Source: an uncultured delta proteobacterium
GTDB lineage: Bacteria > Myxococcota > UBA727 > VGSZ01
Length of the DNA stretch: 64,000 bases
Direction: 5' to 3'
NCBI GenBank assembly: GCA_963775425.1
Contig: CAVZJB010000010.1
Coordinates: 31,361-95,360 of the forward strand
Position numbers and translations under genes: made by a program. The notes below the pieces were generated by a model that was not told where the DNA came from, searched no databases, and saw only the letters and a list, made by a program, of their open reading frames with translations. Shown piece by piece: positions 57,715-64,000 of this stretch (position 1 is the first letter of the stretch; each line of letters begins with the position of its first letter).

Positions 57715-60700
57715 CTACAAAAATTGAGCGCAAAAGGCGTGACAGTACGCTTTACTGTTACGTGTGCCGGCAAGGCAACGTGCCATACATGTTACGTACG
57801 GGTGTATTGGTTTCGGATTCGACGGTGTCTCTGGCTCGGGATCAGGGCTGGGATCGGGAACCGGACCCTCCTCCGTCCCGGGCGGAGCGCCGCTGTCGCT
57901 GCCCAGACTGCCCACGACCGCGAGCGCGACTACCAGTGGCAGTGTGGCAACGATTGCCGCGATGACAGGGCCAAACACGGCTGCGCATGCAGGTCCGAGC
58001 GCTCTGCATGCTGCGACGATCTGAGCCGCCGCGTCTCCATCTAATACCCAATCCCCGTCGCCGGCCCAGTCGCCCCAGCCGAAGCCGGCGCCGTCGCCGC
58101 CCCCGGCGCCCGAGCCGAACAGGCCTAAGGACGAGCCGTATTCCCGGCGCAATGCTGCTCGGTCTTCCTCCTGAGTACTACTGCCGGTGGATCCACCATT
58201 CATGCAAGCATCTTGGTTCTCCGCATGTGTGCAGTCCTTGGCTGGCCCGTCCCATCCAGTTCCGCTGGGCGACGGCGCCATCACGAGTTTGCTGTCATCC
58301 ATTCTCCCGTCCGGATCGACGTTGCGGAAGGGGCTGCTCGCGACATAGCCGTACGCCTGCGCTCCGAAGTGCTGGTACGCGGTCCCCATGGCGAGGGGGT
58401 CGGGTCCGGTGAACTGTCCGAGGTCGGGGATGTAGTCGCGCCAGCCCTCGTTGTAGACGCCGCCGGCGTCGACGTACTGACCAGGGTACCGCCAGTTCCA
58501 GATCGGGTTTGGGCTGGCCGCAGAGTCGATCACCTCGTCACCGCCGGAGTAGCTGGACGCGCCCCAGGCGTCTGAAATGTAGCGCTTGAGGCGCGCTCCG
58601 CTCGTCGTCGAGATCTTCCGCACGAGGCCCATGCGATCCGTGTGGAGGTGGAACGCGGTTGGCCCGTAGTTCGGGTTGACGAGGGTCCCCACCTGCGCCA
58701 CCGGCGATCCTCCGAAGAGGACGTTGTCACCCGTCCACGCAAGCGAACCAGCGGCGAGCGTCTCTTCGAGAGGGAGGCGCCCTTCGGCATAACGGAAGCG
58801 GCCCACCGCCGAGCCCGCAGGATAGGCGAGGGCCACGCGGCGCTTCTCCGCGTCGTAGCTCGAGGTGTACGTGCCTGCCGAGGTCGTCACCGTCGTCGTC
58901 TCAAGCTCGGGGCCGTAGCCGAACGTCGTCGTTCCGCTCATTCCTCCGGTCCACGTGATGCTCCGAAGGAGCCCAGCGACGTCGCCGGTGGACCCGTCCC
59001 AGGTGTAGTCGAGCGACGCCGACACGCTCCCGCCGGTGCGGCCCGCCACGCGCTCCCAGTCGGTCGAGTCGTAGCTGTAGGACCCATGTGAGTCGCTCGC
59101 CTTCGTCCCGTCTGCCGCGTAGCTGATTGTCTCTGTCGTCCCATCGTCGACCCAGGAGCTCAGCAGATCCCTGACGTCCTTGTAGACGTAGCTGCGGGTC
59201 TTATTGCCGGTCGTCGTGTGGCTGAGCCAGGTGTCCGATGACGACACGTCGCGCTCCTTGACCAAGTCGCCGTCGCCATCATAGCCGTCGCCGACGTAGG
59301 TCGTGTAGTACTTCACGTCGGACCATGTCGACCCGCTGTATTTGTCGAGGATCTCCGCGGTGCGCCCGAGGAGATCGCGCGTGATGGTCCGCGCGTTCGA
59401 GGAGCTCCCCTGCCAATACCAGCCCGAGACCGCGCCGGACGGCTCGTACGTGGCGTTCGTCAGACTGAAGCTCCCCTGCGACGTCGACACCCCTGTGGGT
59501 CGCTCCTTGTCGTTCCCGTAGCTGTAGGTCGCCACCATGCCCGAAGGATACGTGATCGAGACGAGCTCTTGCGTGCCCGAGTTGTCGTATGTGAAGTCGA
59601 TCGGCACCAGGCTCGACGCGCTGAACGATGACAGCGGGCCATCGTGCTGCACGACGCTGATGACGCGGCCAAGGGCGTCGTACCGGTAAAACGTCGCGTT
59701 GCCGTACTGGCGGTCCTCCACGTACGCCAACCGGCCGCGGTTGAACGCGCTGTCGAGCGTGTACGACTTGCCTGGAGGCGACGCGCTCTCGTACGTCGAG
59801 TTGTCCTTCTCGTCCCACTTGTAGAGCCGCAGCGTTGTCGAGGTCAGCGCGTCCTCCACGATGACGGGTCGGCCCAGACCGTCGTAGCCCGTGACGATGT
59901 CCGCGCGGGCCGTGCCGTCCTTGTCGTTGACGATCCGCTCGGAGACGTGGCCGGTGTCGAGGTACGCGTACTCGACGCTCTGACCCGCCGATGAGCGGTC
60001 CTCCGCGATCAGCCTCCGCAATGCGTCGTACGTGTATGTCGATGCGGGCGTGGTCTGTGAATGCTGCGAGTTGTAGTTCTCGTAGAGGAGGCCGTCTTGC
60101 GTGTGCGTGAAGTCCTGCACGGCGCTTGCCCCCGCGACGCTCGTCCCACGCGCCACCTCGATGAGGCGGCCGGTCTCGTTGCCGGTCTCGCCATAGGTGT
60201 TCACCTCGACGTCGCCGTCCGCCTCCGTGACGTAGTCGAGGCGGTCGTCGTTGGCGGCCAGGTACGCGTAGCTGGTCGTCACCTCGCTGAAAGGGCTCGA
60301 CCGGACCTCGTCGTCCACCGAGCTCACGCGGTCTTGCCCCGCGGCGCCGGTGTCGAGGTTCCGGTCCCGGCTCGAGCGCAAGACGAGGCCCGTCCCGTTC
60401 AGCACCTGCCGGTTCGTCACCCGTCCGTAGGGGTCCTTGCCGCTGTTCCGTGTGTTTACGGTCTTCCACAGCAGTGTCCCCGTCGAGTCGTAGTGCTCCG
60501 CGCCCACGATGGCGAGCGCCTTGGTGGCGTCCGAAGAAGTGCCGTCCCGTGGAAAGCGCACGAAGTTGCCCTCGGGGATCGAATCGGACACGCCGTTGCC
60601 GACCCCGCGCTCGTAGGCCGGGCCCCAGGCGAGCTCGTTGGTGTACGTCGTTGACGTCGTGCCTCCGCCGGTGACCGTCATGACGCGCCGGAGCTCGTAG

Positions 60701-63174
60701 GGCTTCGTGTCCGACGTCGCTGTCGTGGTCTCGGTGAACGAGATCGGATCGCCCGTGTCCTGCGGGACCTCCCAACAGATCGCGTGGCCGTCGTCCTCGT
60801 CGTAGGCGTCGCTCGAGCAAGCCTGCCAGTCGACCCGTGACTCGCTCGGCGGGCTCGTCGTCGTGTCGCGATAGTCGATCACCTCCGAGACGCGGTCGTT
60901 GTCGTACGTCTCTCCGGAGGTCACCGGGAAGACGTTCGACAGGTCCGTGTACGCCACGAGCGCGCCATCGTCGCCGTAGCGACGAATGCCGGTGATGGCG
61001 CCGCGGCCGGTGTTGCTGTTGGAGTCGGCGTCACGCTCGTAGACGACGCACGAGCTGCGCTGGGTGGTGTCGTCGGAGGACTGCGCGGCGCGAGTGACGC
61101 GGGTGACGAGCATGTCGGGGAGCGCCGTGAAGAGGCTCGTCGAGCTCGAGCCTTCGTTGACATTTCCTCCGAGGCCGTCTCCGTCGCTGTCGTAGTCGTA
61201 TGACGTGACGTCGAAGGAGCCGCCCGTGAAGCTCGTGGTCAACGTGTCGCACCCCGCATCCGGCTCTGACTCGGCGGCGAACGGGTTCGGGTCCGTGTCG
61301 GGATCCGCCTGCTCGGGGAACGTCACCGAGTCGTTGGGCCCGAGCGCGTCGTCGACGTCGTACTTCGCGGTCGCCCTGAGGCGTCCGAGGGAGTCGTAGT
61401 AGCGCCGCTCGATGCTGCGCGGCGTCGTGTGCGCATCCCAGGTGGCGACATTGCCCGTGAGCGTGCACGTCGGTGGATCGACCAGGGTCTGGTCAGGCAC
61501 CAGCTCGCACACGAGGACGGGCCCGCGGGTGAGCACCGAAGGATCGGCATAGTCCATCGCGTGCCACACGCCGTCCACGCCCTTCGCGGAGCTCCGTCCG
61601 AGCGTGTAGCCGTCCGTCGTCGTCGCGTACGCGCCGTCGACGCCGCAAGAGCCCGTCGTGCAACCCGTCACGTTGCCGTTGGTGTCGAGGTCGAACGTTT
61701 GGCTCGTACCGTTCACGGTGAAGGCCATCGACGAAGACCAGGGCGTGCTCGACGAGGAGATCGTGTGCCGATCCCACGAGTGGGTCGCCACATTCCCGGA
61801 GGTATCCCAGGTGTAGCTCGCGATCGGACGGATCTGCACGCTGCCGCTCGTGGTGACCAACGGCCGTTGGACGTACGTGAGCTCCCAGGGCGTCGACGCG
61901 TAGTTGAAGTACGCGAGCTTGCAGGCATGCGAGCTCGAGGACAGGCAATACCGGCTGTCGCGCAGGTACACGAGCGAAGTCGGGTGGGATCCCGATTGGA
62001 CGACGAGCCCGAGCTCCGTCACCGAGCGCCCGTCGACGCGATCCGTCCCCGAGTTGATGCCGCGCAGCTTGTACTCGTACCGCAACTGCGCGCCGCTCGG
62101 GGCCGACTCGGCCGAATAGTAGGGCTCGATGCTCGGTCCGTGCTGGTTTCCGTCGAGGACCACGCCGATCTTCACGAGCAACCCACGGTCGGCGTAGCAG
62201 TATCCAGAAGGTTGGCCCTGGAACCCGGGCATCGCCGAGCAGACGGCGCTCGGCACCTCCTCCGGCCCGGTCCCTACGTCGTCGCCCTCATAGAGAAGGC
62301 GGATGAACCGGTTCGGCGCTGCTCCTTGATAGATGCGCGTGAGCCGGAGATGCGTCGAGTACGTCGTGGCGGCTCCATCCACCGGCGGATCGGTGACCAC
62401 CGGATGGAGCGCAGTCGGCGAGTCGGGAAGTGTAAACTCGAGGACGTCGCCCCACGCCGTCAACAGACGCCAGACCTCGGGCGCGCTCGCGCTCTGTTCG
62501 AGGAGCGCGTGGGTCCCCGGTTCGCTCTGCCAGACGTACGTGTCGATCTGCGTGAACGTCACCGTCCGTCGCAGGCTCTCCCAGATGATCTCCTGCGGCG
62601 ACGCGTAGTCGTCGCCGTCGAGGATGAGGCGGTCGCCGTACGTGTGCCGGAACCCGGGCCCGAGCACGCGCGCGTAAGGGAGCTCCGCGTCCGTCGCGTC
62701 GCAAGTGCCGCTGTCGCACGCGCGCCCATCGCCGCAGTCGGCGTTGCTGCTGCACGTAGACGCGGTGAGATCGGCGTAGTCTGCCTTCGCCCTGGTGCTG
62801 TCGTAGAGCACCGCGAAGTCGAGCGCCCCCATGTCCGTCTGCACGTGAGCGACCGAGTAGGGGCCCGACTGGACTTGTCTCGACGCCGCGCTCACCGAGC
62901 GCCCGATCACGTTGGCACCCTCGACACAGGCGCCACAGCCGTCGTCGACGCTGCCGTTGCCGTCGTCGTCGACGCCGTTGCAGCAGATCTCCTTCGGACG
63001 GCACGGCAAATCGTCGACCTGTGTGTTGCAGTCGTCGTCTACGCCGTTCGCGCAAATCTCGTAGGAGAGGCACTGCGCCTTCGCCCCCGACGCGGCGATG
63101 GCCGCGACGGCGAGAATGACGAGGGCATCAATGGCGAGGGCGGACCGCCTGGCGGCGTGGGTGGCGCGGTTCAT
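57715..63174 (-). CDS. Rhs/YD-repeat protein with signal peptide, N-terminal Cys-rich repeats and polymorphic C-terminal domain
   Basis: YD repeats (YYDSLGR, YTYDALRR, YRYDALGR); core HTDRMG..WRYPGQY..RDYIPDLGQFTGPDP..NVDPDGR; EICANGVDDDC repeats. Confidence 0.93.
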   Translation of the reverse strand: MNRATHAARRSALAIDALVILAVAAIAASGAKAQCLSYEICANGVDDDCNTQVDDLPCRPKEICCNGVDDDGNGSVDDGCGACVEGANVIGRSVSAASRQVQSGPYSVAHVQTDMGALDFAVLYDSTRAKADYADLTASTCSSNADCGDGRACDSGTCDATDAELPYARVLGPGFRHTYGDRLILDGDDYASPQEIIWESLRRTVTFTQIDTYVWQSEPGTHALLEQSASAPEVWRLLTAWGDVLEFTLPDSPTALHPVVTDPPVDGAATTYSTHLRLTRIYQGAAPNRFIRLLYEGDDVGTGPEEVPSAVCSAMPGFQGQPSGYCYADRGLLVKIGVVLDGNQHGPSIEPYYSAESAPSGAQLRYEYKLRGINSGTDRVDGRSVTELGLVVQSGSHPTSLVYLRDSRYCLSSSSHACKLAYFNYASTPWELTYVQRPLVTTSGSVQIRPIASYTWDTSGNVATHSWDRHTISSSSTPWSSSMAFTVNGTSQTFDLDTNGNVTGCTTGSCGVDGAYATTTDGYTLGRSSAKGVDGVWHAMDYADPSVLTRGPVLVCELVPDQTLVDPPTCTLTGNVATWDAHTTPRSIERRYYDSLGRLRATAKYDVDDALGPNDSVTFPEQADPDTDPNPFAAESEPDAGCDTLTTSFTGGSFDVTSYDYDSDGDGLGGNVNEGSSSTSLFTALPDMLVTRVTRAAQSSDDTTQRSSCVVYERDADSNSNTGRGAITGIRRYGDDGALVAYTDLSNVFPVTSGETYDNDRVSEVIDYRDTTTSPPSESRVDWQACSSDAYDEDDGHAICWEVPQDTGDPISFTETTTATSDTKPYELRRVMTVTGGGTTSTTYTNELAWGPAYERGVGNGVSDSIPEGNFVRFPRDGTSSDATKALAIVGAEHYDSTGTLLWKTVNTRNSGKDPYGRVTNRQVLNGTGLVLRSSRDRNLDTGAAGQDRVSSVDDEVRSSPFSEVTTSYAYLAANDDRLDYVTEADGDVEVNTYGETGNETGRLIEVARGTSVAGASAVQDFTHTQDGLLYENYNSQHSQTTPASTYTYDALRRLIAEDRSSAGQSVEYAYLDTGHVSERIVNDKDGTARADIVTGYDGLGRPVIVEDALTSTTLRLYKWDEKDNSTYESASPPGKSYTLDSAFNRGRLAYVEDRQYGNATFYRYDALGRVISVVQHDGPLSSFSASSLVPIDFTYDNSGTQELVSITYPSGMVATYSYGNDKERPTGVSTSQGSFSLTNATYEPSGAVSGWYWQGSSSNARTITRDLLGRTAEILDKYSGSTWSDVKYYTTYVGDGYDGDGDLVKERDVSSSDTWLSHTTTGNKTRSYVYKDVRDLLSSWVDDGTTETISYAADGTKASDSHGSYSYDSTDWERVAGRTGGSVSASLDYTWDGSTGDVAGLLRSITWTGGMSGTTTFGYGPELETTTVTTSAGTYTSSYDAEKRRVALAYPAGSAVGRFRYAEGRLPLEETLAAGSLAWTGDNVLFGGSPVAQVGTLVNPNYGPTAFHLHTDRMGLVRKISTTSGARLKRYISDAWGASSYSGGDEVIDSAASPNPIWNWRYPGQYVDAGGVYNEGWRDYIPDLGQFTGPDPLAMGTAYQHFGAQAYGYVASSPFRNVDPDGRMDDSKLVMAPSPSGTGWDGPAKDCTHAENQDACMNGGSTGSSTQEEDRAALRREYGSSLGLFGSGAGGGDGAGFGWGDWAGDGDWVLDGDAAAQIVAACRALGPACAAVFGPVIAAIVATLPLVVALAVVGSLGSDSGAPPGTEEGPVPDPSPDPEPETPSNPKPIHPYVTCMARCLAGTRNSKAYCHAFCAQFL

Positions 63175-63698
63175 GGCGTCACCTGCGCATTCACCGTCGG
63201 GATCGGCGTCGCGGCCGGCGCGTCGGCGTCGGTGGCGCCGGCGATGTCGAAGAACGGATCGCAGAGCGTCACCGGCGGGGCGAGCTTGGTGGGGTCGTTG
63301 AGCGCCGCGTCGACGTCCTCCGGCGCCATGTCGTCGACGAGGAGCATCGGGGGGGCCGGGGAACGGTCTTCGACGTCGAGCAGCCGGCAGCGGCCATCGT
63401 CAGGCCCGCAGTCCGCGTCGGAGCTGCAGGCGGGTGTGCACAGCGGCGTCAGCGTGTCCCGCATCCAGAACACGGTGCCCGGCGGACAGCCGAAGTTGTC
63501 GCTTGCGTCAGTCGAACCTACAGGGGGGGGGGCATTCTGCCGCGTCGCATTCGCGGCGAGATGGTCCTTGTACGCCTGCATCAGCCGAGCGGGGTCGCGC
63601 GCCCGCGCCGGCGCGCTCTGCGCGCGCGTGACGACGGCGAGGCCGACGACGACGGTGGTGACCGCGCCGGCGACGACGAGAAGACCGCTTGGCTTCAT
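63171..63698 (-). CDS. Small exported Cys-rich protein coupled to the Rhs gene
   Basis: N-terminal hydrophobic segment; CTPACSSDADC; ATGA overlap with the Rhs start. Confidence 0.7.
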   Translation of the reverse strand: MKPSGLLVVAGAVTTVVVGLAVVTRAQSAPARARDPARLMQAYKDHLAANATRQNAPPPVGSTDASDNFGCPPGTVFWMRDTLTPLCTPACSSDADCGPDDGRCRLLDVEDRSPAPPMLLVDDMAPEDVDAALNDPTKLAPPVTLCDPFFDIAGATDADAPAATPIPTVNAQVTP

Positions 63699-63768
63699 GA
63701 GGCTCCCGTTGAAGGCGATCGTTGTCGCCCGAGCATGCGAGCTCCGTCAAGGTGCGAACGATGATTCG

Positions 63769-63837
63769 CTCACGATTCTGGAGCGATTTCCATGCGGAAC
63801 GGTCGGATTCTGCAACTCCTGTTGCACCTCACGATTC
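63769..63837. promoter_or_regulatory. Candidate regulatory region upstream of the Rhs operon
   Basis: CTCACGATTC direct repeat (63769-63778, 63828-63837) around the palindrome TGCAAC-TCCT-GTTGCA (63811-63826). Confidence 0.45.
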
Positions 63838-64000
63838 ATGCCGGCCGACGACCGAACCGCGGCGAGTCGGTAGGGCCCGCGGGCGTCGGCGCCGCCGGTG
63901 CGCCCGGCTCGCGCTCGATCGCTCCACCGGGGCGAGGGCCCGGACCGTTCGTCCCCCGCGCCTTCTTCCGCTGCCTCGTGAGCTCCACGCGCACCGGCGG

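Noticed and set aside
55693-58430. DGR-type template/variable repeats among the Rhs cassettes
   Set aside because: Mismatches are not confined to adenines on either strand, and many are synonymous.

Overview
High-GC window, probably from a Myxococcota/Deltaproteobacteria-like chromosome (inferred from Ser/Thr kinases, FHA and sigma54 regulators, a MYXO-CTERM-like tail and Cys-rich surface proteins). The middle (~2.1-54.4 kb) is mostly ordinary genes: kinases, yidD, arsS plus a CMD partner, a Rieske oxygenase, a surface-glycan modification cluster, lipid enzymes, queC, an S46 peptidase, egtB/egtD and a nucleotide-sugar dehydrogenase. Two genes there carry single-base frameshifts. Two regions stand out. 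(1) 150-2137, just downstream of tRNA-Arg(TCT): repeated copies of the tRNA 3' end and trailer, each long copy with a GTAG-type REP pair. Inside this array is a divergent pair of four-helix-bundle (23S-rRNA-IVP/Avd-like) genes, each with its start codon base-paired into a long leader hairpin, and the pair is bracketed by degenerate direct repeats. (2) 54.4-63.7 kb: a signal-peptide-bearing Rhs protein ending in a small twin-CX3C tip, a putative immunity gene, and a lower-GC stretch with two orphan toxin-tip cassettes that share a non-Rhs ~127-bp leader. All family assignments come from recognising motifs by eye; no database search or folding program was run.
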